DNA of 64,000 nt, from the NCBI GenBank assembly GCA_041653595.1, contig JBAZFB010000003.1:64346-128345 (forward strand), in the 5' to 3' direction. The translations under genes and the position numbers were made by a program. Below the pieces are notes generated by a model. That model saw nothing but the letters and a program-made list of their open reading frames with translations, was not told where the DNA came from and ran no database searches. Positions 26,120-37,275 of this stretch are shown piece after piece; position 1 is the first letter of the stretch; every line of letters begins with the position of its first letter. Source of the stretch: Candidatus Omnitrophota bacterium. Lineage in GTDB: Bacteria > Omnitrophota > Gorgyraeia > Pluralincolimonadales > Pluralincolimonadaceae.

Positions 26120-28789
26120 ATGACGGAAAACCCAGATCGTCTTTTCTTAATAGACGGTAATTCATTCTGCTATAGGGCATTCTACGCTATCCGCAGCCTC
26201 ACGAACTCAAAAGGCCAGCCGACGAACGCGATATACGGGTTCATAACCATGATCAAGAAGTTGATCGAGGACGAGAAGCCCGGATACCTGGCTATAGCGT
26301 TCGACCTCAAAGGGCCGACGTTCAGGCATAAGAAGTTCGAGGAATACAAGATCCACAGGAAGCCGATGCCGGATGAGCTGGTCGACCAGATGCCTCTGAT
26401 CAAGGAAGTTGTCAGAGGCTATAATATCCCGATCTTCGAGATGCAGGGTTATGAGGCAGACGACGTCCTGGCGACGCTGGCGGTAAAGGCGGCGGAGAAG
26501 GGATACGAGGTCTACATAGTGACCGGCGATAAGGATATGCTCCAACTCGTCGGGCCGCGCATAAAAGTATATAACGTACACAAGGAAGGGCTCATCTACG
26601 ACAAAGATAAAGTGAAAGAGCGCTACGGCGTCCCGCCGGAAGGGATAGTCGACCTGATCGCGCTCATGGGAGATTCCTCGGACAATATACCCGGCGTCAC
26701 CGGTATAGGCGAGGTTACCGCGAAGAAGCTGATGGAGGATTTCGGCAGCCTCGATAAGGTACTTTCGGCCGGGGATAAGATAAAATCCGAGAACCTGCGG
26801 AAAAAGCTGGCCGAATACAGGGACCAGGCGATATTAAGCAAGGAGCTCGCGACCGTGGACAGGGATGTCCCGGTAAAGATAGATTTCGACGAACTTAAGG
26901 TAAAGGAGCCGGATAGCGCCAGGCTCTACGAGCTGTTCAGCGAGCTTGAGTTCAAGCGCCTGCTTAAGGACCTTTCCGCGCCGGGGAAACAGCTTACCGG
27001 TAAGTACCGCCTCATAGAGGATGAGGGCGCGCTTGACGGCCTTGTGGAAAAATTGGCCGGCAGCAAAGGATTCGCGCTGGATTTTGAGACTACAGGGACA
27101 GACCCTCTTTCATGCGAGCCGGTAGGTATATCTTTCTGCCGGGAAGAAGGCTCGGCTGATTACGTGCCGATAGGGGACGTTAAAGGGGGTTTCGGCAAAG
27201 AAGCCCTCTTTAAGAAGCTCAAGCCTGTCTTGGAAGACAAGAAGAAGCTAAAGATAGGGCAGAACATTAAATATGAACAGCTCCTGCTCGCGGTGAACGG
27301 CGTCAATATGGAAGGGCCGGTCTTCGATACGATGGTCGCTTCGTACCTGCTCAACCCGTCGAAACTGAACCATAACCTGGAAGACATAACCCTGGAATAC
27401 CTGAACCTCAAAAAGACGCCGATAACCGACCTCATAGGCGAGGGCAAGAAGAAGATAACGATGAAGGAAGTGGAGATAGAAAAGATAAAGGATTATTGCT
27501 GCCAGGACTCGGATGCGGCCTTCAGGTTAAAGAACGTCCTCGAAGCCCAGCTCGAAGAGAAGAACCTGTACAAGCTTTTCCACGAGGTCGAGATGCCGCT
27601 GCTCGGTTGCCTCGCAGCGATGGAGCTGACCGGCGTCGCGATAGACGTCGATTACCTGGCTAAGATGTCGAAAGAGATGGAGAAACAGCTAGAGAAGACG
27701 ACGGCCGAGATCTACGAGATCGCCGGGACCGAGTTCAACATAAATTCGCCGAAACAATTATCGGAGATATTGTTCGTTAAGATGAAACTTCCGACCGTCA
27801 AAAAGACCAAGACCGGGCATTCGACCGATGTCGAGGTCCTCGAGGCGCTTTCGGCGGTCCATGCCCTGCCGGCCCTGCTGCTGAAATACAGGGAGATCTC
27901 GAAATTGAAATCGACGTATGTGGACGCCCTGCCCCAGCTCGTAAACCCGAGGACGGGCCGGGTGCATACTTCGTTCAACCAGACTGTCACGGCGACCGGA
28001 AGGCTGAGTTCGTCAGACCCGAATTTCCAGAACATACCGATAAAGACCGAGACGGGCAGGCAGATAAGGCGCGCGTTTGTCCCGGGGACGAAGGGATGGG
28101 TGATCGTGTCGGCCGATTATTCCCAGATAGAGCTGAGGATACTCGCGCATTTTTCGCAGGACAAAGAGCTCCTCGAGGCATTCGATAATGGCCGCGATAT
28201 CCACACCCATACGGCCTCGCTCATATTCGGCATCAAGGAAAGCGAAGTCACCACGGAGATGCGATCGATAGCCAAGACGGTCAACTTCGGGATCATCTAC
28301 GGCATGAGCCCGTTCGGCCTTTCCAAGGAATTAAAGATCGAGGTCTCGAAGGCGAAGGAGTTCATAGACGCCTATTTCGAAAAATACGGACGGGTAAAAA
28401 CGTTCCTCGATGACCTCGTGGACGAGGCTAGGGAGAACGGCTACGTGACGACCATATTGAACCGCAGGAGATACCTGCCGGAGATAAACAGCCAGAACAA
28501 TTCCGTAAGGCAATTCGCCGAGAGGGCGGCCATAAACGCCCCGATACAGGGTTCGGCGGCCGACCTCATTAAAATAGCTATGATAAACATACATAATATT
28601 TTGAAGGAAAAGAAACTCGCCTCGAAGATGATACTCCAGGTGCACGATGAGCTGGTCTTCGAGGTCCCCGGCGATGAGGTGGAGGAGATGAAGAAGATAG
28701 TCAAAGACAGGATGGAGGAGGTCGTAAAGCTCACCGTCCCGGTCAGGGTCCAGGTGAAAGCCGGCAAGAACTGGCTGGAGGCGGCCTGA
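26120..28789 (+). CDS. polA: DNA polymerase I
   Basis: 5'-3' exonuclease domain at the N-terminus, 3'-5' exonuclease domain, polymerase motifs 'DYSQIELR', 'QVHDELVFE'. Confidence 0.95.
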   Translation: MTENPDRLFLIDGNSFCYRAFYAIRSLTNSKGQPTNAIYGFITMIKKLIEDEKPGYLAIAFDLKGPTFRHKKFEEYKIHRKPMPDELVDQMPLIKEVVRGYNIPIFEMQGYEADDVLATLAVKAAEKGYEVYIVTGDKDMLQLVGPRIKVYNVHKEGLIYDKDKVKERYGVPPEGIVDLIALMGDSSDNIPGVTGIGEVTAKKLMEDFGSLDKVLSAGDKIKSENLRKKLAEYRDQAILSKELATVDRDVPVKIDFDELKVKEPDSARLYELFSELEFKRLLKDLSAPGKQLTGKYRLIEDEGALDGLVEKLAGSKGFALDFETTGTDPLSCEPVGISFCREEGSADYVPIGDVKGGFGKEALFKKLKPVLEDKKKLKIGQNIKYEQLLLAVNGVNMEGPVFDTMVASYLLNPSKLNHNLEDITLEYLNLKKTPITDLIGEGKKKITMKEVEIEKIKDYCCQDSDAAFRLKNVLEAQLEEKNLYKLFHEVEMPLLGCLAAMELTGVAIDVDYLAKMSKEMEKQLEKTTAEIYEIAGTEFNINSPKQLSEILFVKMKLPTVKKTKTGHSTDVEVLEALSAVHALPALLLKYREISKLKSTYVDALPQLVNPRTGRVHTSFNQTVTATGRLSSSDPNFQNIPIKTETGRQIRRAFVPGTKGWVIVSADYSQIELRILAHFSQDKELLEAFDNGRDIHTHTASLIFGIKESEVTTEMRSIAKTVNFGIIYGMSPFGLSKELKIEVSKAKEFIDAYFEKYGRVKTFLDDLVDEARENGYVTTILNRRRYLPEINSQNNSVRQFAERAAINAPIQGSAADLIKIAMINIHNILKEKKLASKMILQVHDELVFEVPGDEVEEMKKIVKDRMEEVVKLTVPVRVQVKAGKNWLEAA

Positions 28790-30183
28790 TGCCTAAAGTT
28801 AATAAATTAAAAGTGCTCTTCGCGTCAAGCGAGGTAGACCCTTTCTCCAAGACCGGCGGCCTTGCCGATGTGGCGGGGAGCCTTCCCGTGGCCCTGGACA
28901 AGGCCGGGGTGGAGGTCAGGGTGATAACGCCGCGTTACAAATGCGTAAGGGCCTTCGGCAACGAGGCGATGCTGGCCGATAAGGTGCCGGTCTATTTCGT
29001 GAAGAACGACAAATTTTTTATGAGGGACAACCTCTACGCGGATAAGAAGGGCGACTACGCCGATAACCTCGATAGGTTCTCGTTCTTCTCAAGGAGCGTG
29101 ATCGAGCAGTTGAGGGACTTGGATTTCAAGCCGGATGTGATCCATTGCAACGACTGGCAGACGGCCTTGGTCCCGGTCTATTTAAAGGAGATATACGGCA
29201 AGAAAGATAAGTTTTACCAAAAGATGAAGACCGTGCTCACGGTCCACAACCTGGGGTATCAGGGGGTATTCCCGAAACAGGAATTGCCGAAGACCGGCCT
29301 CGGTTGGGAATATTTCACGATGAACAAGCTCGAATTTTACGACAAAGTGAATATCCTGAAAGGCGGGCTCGTCTTCACCGACGCGATAACGACGGTCTCT
29401 CCGACTTACGCGAAGGAGATACAGACGGCCGAATTCGGATGGGGCCTCAACGGGCTGCTATCGGAGAGGAAGAAGGACCTTTTCGGGATCCTGAACGGTA
29501 TCGATTACGATGAGTGGAACCCTTTGAAAGATAAAGAGCTTAAATACCATTTTTCGCCGTCGAAATCGGAGGGAAAATATAAGAATAAAGCCCTGCTCCA
29601 AAAGGAAGCCGGCCTGGACGAGAGGCAGGACGTGCCCATTATCGGGATGATATCAAGGCTTGCCGACCAGAAAGGCCTTGACCTTATCGCCAGGATAATC
29701 GGCCCGCTCCTGGACCACGACGTCCAATTCCTTTTGTTGGGCACCGGTGAGGAGAAGTATCACAGGCTGTTCGAGGAGATAAAAAAGAAGTTTCCCCGTA
29801 AGGCGTCGATAAACCTTAAATTCGACGAGATCCTGGCGAAGAAGATATACGCCGGCGCGGATATATTCCTGGCGCCGTCGAGATATGAGCCGTGCGGCCT
29901 CAGCCAGATGATATCGCTCAGGTACGGTACCATCCCGGTCGTCCGGAGGACAGGCGGCCTTGCCGATACGATAACCGAATACGACCCCGGGACGACGCGC
30001 GGCAACGGATTTGTTTTCGATACATATGACGCGTGGGAGCTTTTGGATGCCATAAAGAGGGCGATATCCCTTCATAAGCAGAAGGGCTTGTGGTCGAAGC
30101 TCGTCTCGAACGCGATGAAATGCGATTTCTCGTGGGATAAATCCGCGGAAAAATATCTTGAAGTATACAAGAAACTGGTGTGA
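28789..30183 (+). CDS. glgA: Glycogen synthase (ADP-glucose type)
   Basis: 'KTGGLADVAGSLP' N-terminal signature; GT5 fold. Confidence 0.9.
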   Translation: MPKVNKLKVLFASSEVDPFSKTGGLADVAGSLPVALDKAGVEVRVITPRYKCVRAFGNEAMLADKVPVYFVKNDKFFMRDNLYADKKGDYADNLDRFSFFSRSVIEQLRDLDFKPDVIHCNDWQTALVPVYLKEIYGKKDKFYQKMKTVLTVHNLGYQGVFPKQELPKTGLGWEYFTMNKLEFYDKVNILKGGLVFTDAITTVSPTYAKEIQTAEFGWGLNGLLSERKKDLFGILNGIDYDEWNPLKDKELKYHFSPSKSEGKYKNKALLQKEAGLDERQDVPIIGMISRLADQKGLDLIARIIGPLLDHDVQFLLLGTGEEKYHRLFEEIKKKFPRKASINLKFDEILAKKIYAGADIFLAPSRYEPCGLSQMISLRYGTIPVVRRTGGLADTITEYDPGTTRGNGFVFDTYDAWELLDAIKRAISLHKQKGLWSKLVSNAMKCDFSWDKSAEKYLEVYKKLV

Positions 30184-30785
30184 CGATGGTCATAATCGGG
30201 GTAACGGGAAGCATAGGCACGGGTAAGACGACCGTCTCGGGGATGTTCAGGAGGATGGGAGCGGTGGTGATCGACGCGGACGAGATCTCCCACAGGCTTA
30301 TTTATCCCGGAAAGCCCGCATGGAAAAAAGTCGTTTCAATTTTCGGAAAAAAGATCCTGAGGCGCGACCATTTCATAGACAGGAAAGCCCTGGGCCGGAA
30401 GGTCTTTTCCGACGGCCGGCTCCTTAAGAAATTAGGCGGTATTATCCACCCGCTTGTGTATAAGGAGATCCGCGGGAGGATCGCCAAGATAAAAAGGTCC
30501 GATCCCTCGGCGATAGTAGTCGTCGATGTCCCTCTCTTGCTGGAAAGCGGCGGGCAAAAACAGGTGGACAAAGTGGTGGTAGTAGCCGCGCCTCGAAGCG
30601 TGCAATTCGCCAGGGCCGGCGGGAAATTCGGGCTCGGCAGGTCCGAAATATTGCGGCGCATAAAGATGCAGATGCCGCTTAAGGAGAAGATAAAGGCCGC
30701 TGATTTCGTGATCGACAACGGCGGCAGCCTCGTCTCTACGGCAAAACAGTCAAGGGTTATATGGAAGAAGCTAGTGGGAGCGTAA
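30180..30785 (+). CDS. coaE: Dephospho-CoA kinase
   Basis: 'IGVTGSIGTGKTTVS' P-loop, ~200 aa. Confidence 0.9.
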   Translation: MTMVIIGVTGSIGTGKTTVSGMFRRMGAVVIDADEISHRLIYPGKPAWKKVVSIFGKKILRRDHFIDRKALGRKVFSDGRLLKKLGGIIHPLVYKEIRGRIAKIKRSDPSAIVVVDVPLLLESGGQKQVDKVVVVAAPRSVQFARAGGKFGLGRSEILRRIKMQMPLKEKIKAADFVIDNGGSLVSTAKQSRVIWKKLVGA

Positions 30786-31279
30786 ACTGTCCTCACAGGA
30801 TAGAAGATGTCCTCGATGTCCTTAACAGTGAGATATCGGGGTCAAAGAACAAGAGGATACTTCCGCCTATCGCGCTTCTTTTGGTCGATGTAGATAATTT
30901 AGAGAGGGTCAACCGGTGGTACGGCAGGAGCACCGGTAATGAGGTGCTGTCGGCTACGGCTAAGATCCTGCACCGTACGATCGGGGAGGACGACCTTCTC
31001 GCCAGGTTCGGCGGGGACGAATTCCTTCTGCTCTTTCGCGGGATCACCCTGAAGGAAGCGAAGGAGAAGGCGTCAAAGATAATAGAGTCTTTAAAGAACC
31101 ACGATTTCGCCTCGGACAGGCTGAAGATCTCGGCTTCGATCGGGATAGCGCATTATTTCTCTTTCGCTTTCTCGGGTGATGAACTGCTGGGATGCGCCGT
31201 GGAGGCTTTAGCGTTGGCACAAAAAGAGGGAGGAACATTTAAGGTGTTTATGGAAGAGGAGGAATGGAATGAAGACTAA
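30761..31279 (+). CDS. Stand-alone GGDEF-domain protein (putative diguanylate cyclase)
   Basis: '[17 protein letters not shown]...GNEVL' and intact '[10 protein letters not shown]' GGDEF motif; no sensor domain; overlaps coaE 3' end. Confidence 0.7.
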   Translation: MEEASGSVNCPHRIEDVLDVLNSEISGSKNKRILPPIALLLVDVDNLERVNRWYGRSTGNEVLSATAKILHRTIGEDDLLARFGGDEFLLLFRGITLKEAKEKASKIIESLKNHDFASDRLKISASIGIAHYFSFAFSGDELLGCAVEALALAQKEGGTFKVFMEEEEWNED

Positions 31280-32600
31280 TAACGAAGAACCAAACGGGAA
31301 ACAGGCGGGTAAGGAGACGACCGAGGCAAAGGAGCCGTCCGGCACGGGCTTCAACATAACGAAGCTCAAGAAGATGACTATCCAGGAGCTTACGAAGGCC
31401 GCTAAGGACCTCAACGTAAATTCGATAAGCGGCTTGAAGAAGCAGGACCTCATCTTCAAGATACTCCAGGCGCAGGCCGAGAAGGAAGGCTTTATGTTCG
31501 GCGAGGGCGTCCTCGAGATACTTCCTGACGGGTTCGGCTTCCTGCGTTCGTCGAACTACAATTACCTGCCGTCGCCGGACGACATTTACGTCTCGCCGAG
31601 CCAGATAAGAAGGTTCGACCTGCGCACCGGCGACACTGTCAGCGGCCAGATACGCCCGCCGAAAGAGGGCGAACGTTATTTCGCGCTGCTCAAAGTGGAA
31701 GTCGTGAATATGGAGCATCCTGAATCGATGAAAGAACGCACTTTATTTGATAACCTGACGCCGCTCTACGCCAACCAAAGGTATGTCCTCGAGACCGACA
31801 CGGAAGAGATCTCGATGAGGATCATGGACCTTTTGACCCCGATCGGAAAAGGCCAGAGGGGCCTTATCGTCGCGCAGCCGTACAGCGGCAAGACGATACT
31901 GCTTCAAAAGATCGCGAACTCCATCATGAATAACTATCCGGAAGTCGTCCTCATAGTGCTGTTGATCGACGAGCGTCCCGAAGAGGTCACCGATATGCAG
32001 CGTTCGGTCAAGGGCGAGGTCGTGAGCTCGACTTTTGATGAGCCGGCCGAGAGGCACATACAGGTCGCCGAGATAGTCCTCGAGAAGGCGAAGAGGCTTG
32101 TCGAGAACAAGAGGGATGTCGTGGTCCTCCTCGACTCGATAACGCGCCTCGCGCGCGCCTATAACACGGTAGCCCCACATAGCGGAAAGATATTGTCGGG
32201 TGGGGTCGATTCGAGCGCGCTGCACAAGCCGAAGAGGTTCTTCGGCGCCGCCCGCGCCGTAGAGGAGGGCGGGTCGCTTACGATCATCGCGACCGCGCTC
32301 GTAGATACGGGCAGCCGCATGGACGAGGTCATCTTCGAGGAGTTCAAGGGAACGGGCAACATGGAATTACAGCTCGACAGGAACATGTTCCAGAAGAGGA
32401 TCTACCCGGCCATAGACATCAAGCGTTCCAACACGAGGAAAGAGGACCTGCTTTTCAAGGAGGATGAGCTCAAGCGCATCTGGATAATGAGGAAGGTCCT
32501 CAACGAGATGAATTCGGACGAGGCGATGGAGCTGCTCGTAGACAGGTTAGGCAAGACCAAGACCAACGCCGAATTTCTGTTGAATATGCAGGCAAAATAA
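31269..32600 (+). CDS. rho: Transcription termination factor Rho
   Basis: Rho N-terminal domain, OB-fold 'FGFLR', Walker A 'AQPYSGKT', 'MELQLDR' C-terminal block. Confidence 0.95.
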   Translation: MKTNNEEPNGKQAGKETTEAKEPSGTGFNITKLKKMTIQELTKAAKDLNVNSISGLKKQDLIFKILQAQAEKEGFMFGEGVLEILPDGFGFLRSSNYNYLPSPDDIYVSPSQIRRFDLRTGDTVSGQIRPPKEGERYFALLKVEVVNMEHPESMKERTLFDNLTPLYANQRYVLETDTEEISMRIMDLLTPIGKGQRGLIVAQPYSGKTILLQKIANSIMNNYPEVVLIVLLIDERPEEVTDMQRSVKGEVVSSTFDEPAERHIQVAEIVLEKAKRLVENKRDVVVLLDSITRLARAYNTVAPHSGKILSGGVDSSALHKPKRFFGAARAVEEGGSLTIIATALVDTGSRMDEVIFEEFKGTGNMELQLDRNMFQKRIYPAIDIKRSNTRKEDLLFKEDELKRIWIMRKVLNEMNSDEAMELLVDRLGKTKTNAEFLLNMQAK

Positions 32601-32618
32601 CAAAAAGGAGAAACCGGA

Positions 32619-32819
32619 ATGAAAGACAAGATCCATCCGAAGTATGAAGCCGCGACGATCACCTGCGCGTGCGGAGAGGTGATCCATACCCGCTCTACCA
32701 AACCGAGCATAAAGGTCGAGATCTGCTCGAAATGCCATCCGTTCTTTACCGGCCTTACAAAGCTGATGGATGTCGCGGGCAGGGTCGAGAAATTCAAGAA
32801 GAAATACAACAAAAAGTAA
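32619..32819 (+). CDS. rpmE: 50S ribosomal protein L31
   Basis: 'MKDKIHPKY...CACGEV...[10 protein letters not shown]' zinc-ribbon L31 signature. Confidence 0.9.
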   Translation: MKDKIHPKYEAATITCACGEVIHTRSTKPSIKVEICSKCHPFFTGLTKLMDVAGRVEKFKKKYNKK

Positions 32820-32834
32820 AAGGGCTTATACAGG

Positions 32835-33905
32835 ATGTTTGAGGCTTTAGAGACAAGGGTCAGGCGCTATGAGGAGCTCGAGAAACTGATCACCGATCCG
32901 AAGGTGATAGGGGATTCGTCCGCCTACCAGCGATATACTAAGGAATTGGCTTCGCTCAGGCGCATAGTCTCCAAGTATAAGGAGTACAAGAAAATAGACT
33001 CCGAGATAACCGAGCTCGAGGACCTCCTGGAGAAGAAGTCATCCGACGCGGAATTCGCCGAGATGGCCAAGGAGGAATTATCCGGCCTCAGGAAGAAAAG
33101 GCCGGGCCTTGAGAAAGAGGTCGAGGAGATGCTCCTCGAGAACGACCCGGATGCGGATAAGAATATAATCGTCGAGATCCGCGCAGGCACCGGAGGGCAG
33201 GAGGCGTCGCTTTTCGCCTCCGACCTCTTCAGGATGTATTCCAGGTACGCCGCGAGCCAGGGCTGGAAGGTCGAGATGCTGAGTTCGAGCTTATCCGAAG
33301 CCGGCGGGTTCAAGGAAGTCGTCTTCGGCGTGGATGGCACCGGCGTATACCGGAAGATGAAATTCGAGTCGGGCGTCCACAGGGTGCAGAGGGTCCCGGC
33401 CACTGAAGCGTCGGGCAGGATACATACCTCGACTGTCTCGGTAGCGGTGCTCCCGGAGGCCGAGGACGTGGACATAAAAATCGACGCGAAAGACCTGAAG
33501 GTGGATGTGTTCAGGTCGTCAGGCGCCGGAGGCCAATCCGTAAATACCGCGGACTCGGCTGTCAGGATCACGCACATCCCGACCGGGATAGTGGTCCAAT
33601 GCCAGGACGAGCGTTCCCAGTTGAAGAATAAGAATAAGGCGATGAAGGTCCTGCGCGCGAGGATAATGGATAAGGCGGTGACCGAGCAGCAGCAGAAGAT
33701 AGCCAATGAGCGCAAGACGCAGATAGGAACGGGCGAGCGCAGCGAGAAGATACGGACTTATAATTACCCGGACAGGCGCATCACCGACCACAGGATAGGT
33801 TTTACTGTCCATAACCTCGAGAACGTCCTTGAAGGCGACCTCGAGGAGGTCGTAATGGCGCTTTTAAAGCAGGAGAAAGACCTCAAGCTCAAGGAGGCAA
33901 AATAA
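32835..33905 (+). CDS. prfA: Peptide chain release factor 1
   Basis: 'GAGGQSVN' GGQ motif, 'PAT' tripeptide (RF1 type), conserved synteny with prmC. Confidence 0.95.
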   Translation: MFEALETRVRRYEELEKLITDPKVIGDSSAYQRYTKELASLRRIVSKYKEYKKIDSEITELEDLLEKKSSDAEFAEMAKEELSGLRKKRPGLEKEVEEMLLENDPDADKNIIVEIRAGTGGQEASLFASDLFRMYSRYAASQGWKVEMLSSSLSEAGGFKEVVFGVDGTGVYRKMKFESGVHRVQRVPATEASGRIHTSTVSVAVLPEAEDVDIKIDAKDLKVDVFRSSGAGGQSVNTADSAVRITHIPTGIVVQCQDERSQLKNKNKAMKVLRARIMDKAVTEQQQKIANERKTQIGTGERSEKIRTYNYPDRRITDHRIGFTVHNLENVLEGDLEEVVMALLKQEKDLKLKEAK

Positions 33906-33907
33906 AT

Positions 33908-34693
33908 ATGGATTCACTGGAACAGCTTGCGTGCTGGGCGTTCAATTGCGACCGCGCGCAATTATATACAGGCGATTACGAGGCGGACGAGGAGAACATA
34001 AAACTCTTCCATGAGGCGCTGGACTCATACGCCCGCGGCATTCCGGTCCAATACATCACCGGCGAGGCGGAGTTCATGGGTTTCGATTTCGACGTCAACC
34101 CGTCCGTCCTCATACCGAGGCCCGAGACGGAGATACTCGTCGAGAGGGTCCTGACGCTTATGGAGAGGGAAGGCATCACGGAACCGTCCATCCTCGACCT
34201 CGGGACCGGTTCAGGGGCGATAGCCGTCAGTTTGACAAAACTGAGCCCGTCCTGTAAAATAGTAGCCTCCGACGTTTCCGAAGAGGCCCTGGAAGTCGGC
34301 AGGGAGAACGCCGCGGCAAACGGCGTAGGCGACAGGATAAAATTCGTCCTCTCCGATCTGTTTGAGCGCATTCCCGGCAGGAGGAAGTTCGACCTGGTCA
34401 TCTCGAACCCGCCCTATATACCGAGCGAGGATTACGATTCCCTGCCTCCGGAGGTGAGGAGCGAGCCGAGGATCGCCCTGGACGGCGGGTTGAAAGGCCT
34501 GGAGTTTTATAAAAGGATAATCCCTGACGCCGCAAAGAGGTTGAACCGCGGCGGGTATCTTGTGCTGGAGATAGGATACGGCCAGGCGCGGGAGATAAAC
34601 GATCTTCTCGCGTCCTCGGGATCGTACGCTGATGTCGAGATATTGAAAGATTATAACGATATAGACAGGATAGTTTTCGCGAAGAGGCGTTGA
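33908..34693 (+). CDS. prmC: Release factor glutamine N5-methyltransferase PrmC (HemK)
   Basis: 'ILDLGTGSGAIAV' SAM-binding motif and 'ISNPPYIP' motif. Confidence 0.9.
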   Translation: MDSLEQLACWAFNCDRAQLYTGDYEADEENIKLFHEALDSYARGIPVQYITGEAEFMGFDFDVNPSVLIPRPETEILVERVLTLMEREGITEPSILDLGTGSGAIAVSLTKLSPSCKIVASDVSEEALEVGRENAAANGVGDRIKFVLSDLFERIPGRRKFDLVISNPPYIPSEDYDSLPPEVRSEPRIALDGGLKGLEFYKRIIPDAAKRLNRGGYLVLEIGYGQAREINDLLASSGSYADVEILKDYNDIDRIVFAKRR

Positions 34694-35958
34694 TGGATAA
34701 GATAGTAATAGAAGGCCCGACGAGATTAAGGGGGACGGTCGAGGTAAGCGGGGCGAAGAATTCGGCGCTGCCGATAATGGCAGCCACGCTCCTTACCGAC
34801 GAGAAGTGCGTATTAAAACGCGTCCCTCCCTTGCGCGACGTAAACACCATGATAAAGATCCTGCGCAACCTGGGCGTGAAAGTGCAGGTGGAACCCGGGC
34901 GGCTGGTGATAGAACCCAGGGGATATAAAAATTATATTGCGCCGTATAAATACGTCAAGGAGATGCGCGCCTCATTCTGCGTCCTCGGGCCGATCCTCGC
35001 GAAGCACAGGAAGGCCCAGGTATCGTATCCGGGAGGCTGCGCCATCGGGAACCGTCCGGTGGACCTCCACCTTAAAGGCATAAGGGCGCTCGGCGCGGAC
35101 CTGAAGATAGAGCATGGTTACGTCGTGGGCGAGACGAGGCAGTTGAAGGGCGCGCACGTATATTTGGGCGGCGCGTTCGGCTCGTCGGTCCTCGCGACCG
35201 ATAACGTAATGATGGCCGCGACCCTGGCAAAGGGCAGGACGGTGATAGAGAACGCCGCCTGCGAGCCGGAAGTCGTAGACCTCGCGGATTTCCTGAATAA
35301 GATGGGCGCGAAGATAAGAGGGGCAGGGACGCATTTTATAGAGATAGAGGGCGTAAAGAAATTGGGAGGGGCCGAGGCCGAGGTGATACCCGACAGGATA
35401 GAGGCCGGCACTTTCATGGTCGCGGCCGCGATAACCGGAGGCGATATCACCGTAAAAGGGGCGAGGTTCGACCATCTCGGCGCGCTGGTGGATAAATTAC
35501 AGGATTCCGGCGTCACTATTACGCGCCACGGGAAAGATATACGCGTCCGGGTCCAGAGGCAGTTGAGGCCGGTCGATATAACGACCCTGCCTTATCCGGG
35601 GTTCCCTACCGACCTGCAGGCGCAGATGATGGCACTGATGACTACAATAAACGGGATAAGCGTCATAACAGAAAAGATATATCCCGACAGGTATATGCAT
35701 GTCAGCGAATTGGCAAGGATGGGAGCGCAGATAAAACTCGAGGGCGACTCGGCTATCGTAAAGGGAATAAAACAGCTGAGCGGCGCCCCGGTGATGGCGT
35801 CGGATCTGCGCGCTTCGGCCGCGCTGGTATTGGCCGGCATGGCCGCGAGAGGCAGGACCGACGTCTCAAGGGTCTACCATTTGGACAGGGGTTATGATAA
35901 GATAGAGAAGAAATTGTCGCAATTGGGAGCGAATATACACAGAGAAAGGGAGGAGTAA
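34690..35958 (+). CDS. murA: UDP-N-acetylglucosamine 1-carboxyvinyltransferase
   Basis: 'VSGAKNSALPIM' N-terminus and EPT fold conserved blocks; Cys 'GGCAIG'. Confidence 0.95.
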   Translation: MMDKIVIEGPTRLRGTVEVSGAKNSALPIMAATLLTDEKCVLKRVPPLRDVNTMIKILRNLGVKVQVEPGRLVIEPRGYKNYIAPYKYVKEMRASFCVLGPILAKHRKAQVSYPGGCAIGNRPVDLHLKGIRALGADLKIEHGYVVGETRQLKGAHVYLGGAFGSSVLATDNVMMAATLAKGRTVIENAACEPEVVDLADFLNKMGAKIRGAGTHFIEIEGVKKLGGAEAEVIPDRIEAGTFMVAAAITGGDITVKGARFDHLGALVDKLQDSGVTITRHGKDIRVRVQRQLRPVDITTLPYPGFPTDLQAQMMALMTTINGISVITEKIYPDRYMHVSELARMGAQIKLEGDSAIVKGIKQLSGAPVMASDLRASAALVLAGMAARGRTDVSRVYHLDRGYDKIEKKLSQLGANIHREREE

Positions 35959-35961
35959 TCA

Positions 35962-36204
35962 ATGGCAGCAGTGATCAGGTTGAAGAGGCTGGGGACAAAG
36001 AAGACGCCCCATCAGAGGATAATCGTCATAGATGGCCACAAGGGGCGCGATATGAAGGCGATCGAAGAGCTTGGCTATTACGATCCGACGAAGAAGCCGG
36101 CGTTCGGCAACCTCAAGAAGGAGAGGATACTGCACTGGATCAAGCTCGGCGCGAAGCCTTCTCCGGCCGTATCCAACATATTCAGGAAATCCGGCATAAT
36201 ATAA
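35962..36204 (+). CDS. rpsP: 30S ribosomal protein S16
   Basis: '[20 protein letters not shown]' S16 N-terminal signature; upstream of trmD. Confidence 0.9.
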   Translation: MAAVIRLKRLGTKKTPHQRIIVIDGHKGRDMKAIEELGYYDPTKKPAFGNLKKERILHWIKLGAKPSPAVSNIFRKSGII

Positions 36205-36205
36205 T

Positions 36206-36940
36206 TTGATGCGGATAGATATTCTTACGCTCTTCCCGAAGATGTTCGAAGGCGTGTTCGGCGAATCAATAATCAAACGGGCGCGCAAGGCCGGGAAGGT
36301 TGATATACGGGTACACAACCTGCGCGACTGGACCGACGACAAACATAAGAAAGTCGACGACAAGCCGTTCGGTGGAGGTCCCGGGATGGTAATAAAGCCG
36401 CAGCCGCTCTTTGATGCCGTAGAGGACCTGAAGACGAGGTCATCGCGGGTCGTTCTTATGACGCCGCAAGGCAAGACCTTCGACCAGCCGGCCGCAAAAA
36501 AGATGTCGGGATATAAGCACATCATAATAGTCTGCGGGCATTACGAAGGGATCGACGAACGGTTCCGGAAGAAGTTCGTTACAGATGAGATATCGCTCGG
36601 AGATTTCGTCCTGACCGGCGGAGAGATACCGGCGATGGCGCTGGTCGACAGCGTGGTAAGGCTTGTGCCGGGAGTCGTCGGGGATAAAGGTTCGCTTGAG
36701 CACGAGTCGTTCGAGTCGGGCCTGCTTGAATATCCCCAGTACACGAGGCCGGCCGAGTTCAGGGGCCTTAAGGTGCCGGATGTTCTTTTATCCGGTGACC
36801 ATAATAAAATAGATGTTTGGAGAAGGAAGATGGCATTAAGCAGGACGGGGTCAAGGCGTCCCGATATGTACAGAAAATTGAGCCTCCGCATCGGCGGGGC
36901 GAAATCCCGCCTCGGCGGGATAAATAAGGAGAAGAAGTGA
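36206..36940 (+). CDS. trmD: tRNA (guanine37-N1)-methyltransferase
   Basis: '[15 protein letters not shown]', 'FGGGPGMV', 'HYEGIDER' TrmD blocks. Confidence 0.95.
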   Translation: MMRIDILTLFPKMFEGVFGESIIKRARKAGKVDIRVHNLRDWTDDKHKKVDDKPFGGGPGMVIKPQPLFDAVEDLKTRSSRVVLMTPQGKTFDQPAAKKMSGYKHIIIVCGHYEGIDERFRKKFVTDEISLGDFVLTGGEIPAMALVDSVVRLVPGVVGDKGSLEHESFESGLLEYPQYTRPAEFRGLKVPDVLLSGDHNKIDVWRRKMALSRTGSRRPDMYRKLSLRIGGAKSRLGGINKEKK

Positions 36941-37275
36941 TGAATAAATGCGCTGCAGCGGAAAAGGATTACCTGAAGAAAGAGATACCGGTGTTCAAGG
37001 TCGGCGATACGGTCAAGATCTTCGTAAAGATCAGGGAAGAGGATAAGTTCCGCCTCCAGTCGTTTGAGGGCGTCGTGATAAAAAAGAGGGGAAGCGGCAT
37101 CTCGTCGAGTTTCACGGTCCGCCGCGTCTCTTACGGCGAGGGCGTGGAGAGGACTTTCCCGCTCCATTCGCCTTCGGTCGATAAGGTCGAGGTGATAAAA
37201 TCCTCGAAGCCGAAGAGGGCCAAGCTCTATTACATGCGTAAAAATGTCGGCAAAAAGGCTGATGTTGTATCATGA
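36937..37275 (+). CDS. rplS: 50S ribosomal protein L19
   Basis: '[12 protein letters not shown]...[14 protein letters not shown]...[21 protein letters not shown]' L19 signature. Confidence 0.9.
   Translation: MMNKCAAAEKDYLKKEIPVFKVGDTVKIFVKIREEDKFRLQSFEGVVIKKRGSGISSSFTVRRVSYGEGVERTFPLHSPSVDKVEVIKSSKPKRAKLYYMRKNVGKKADVVS

Noticed and set aside
35962-37275. Absence of rimM and the KH-domain gene between rpsP and trmD as a deletion of interest
   Set aside because: The rpsP-trmD-rplS order without rimM occurs in various lineages, and rimM may be elsewhere. This is not evidence of anything unusual without the whole genome.
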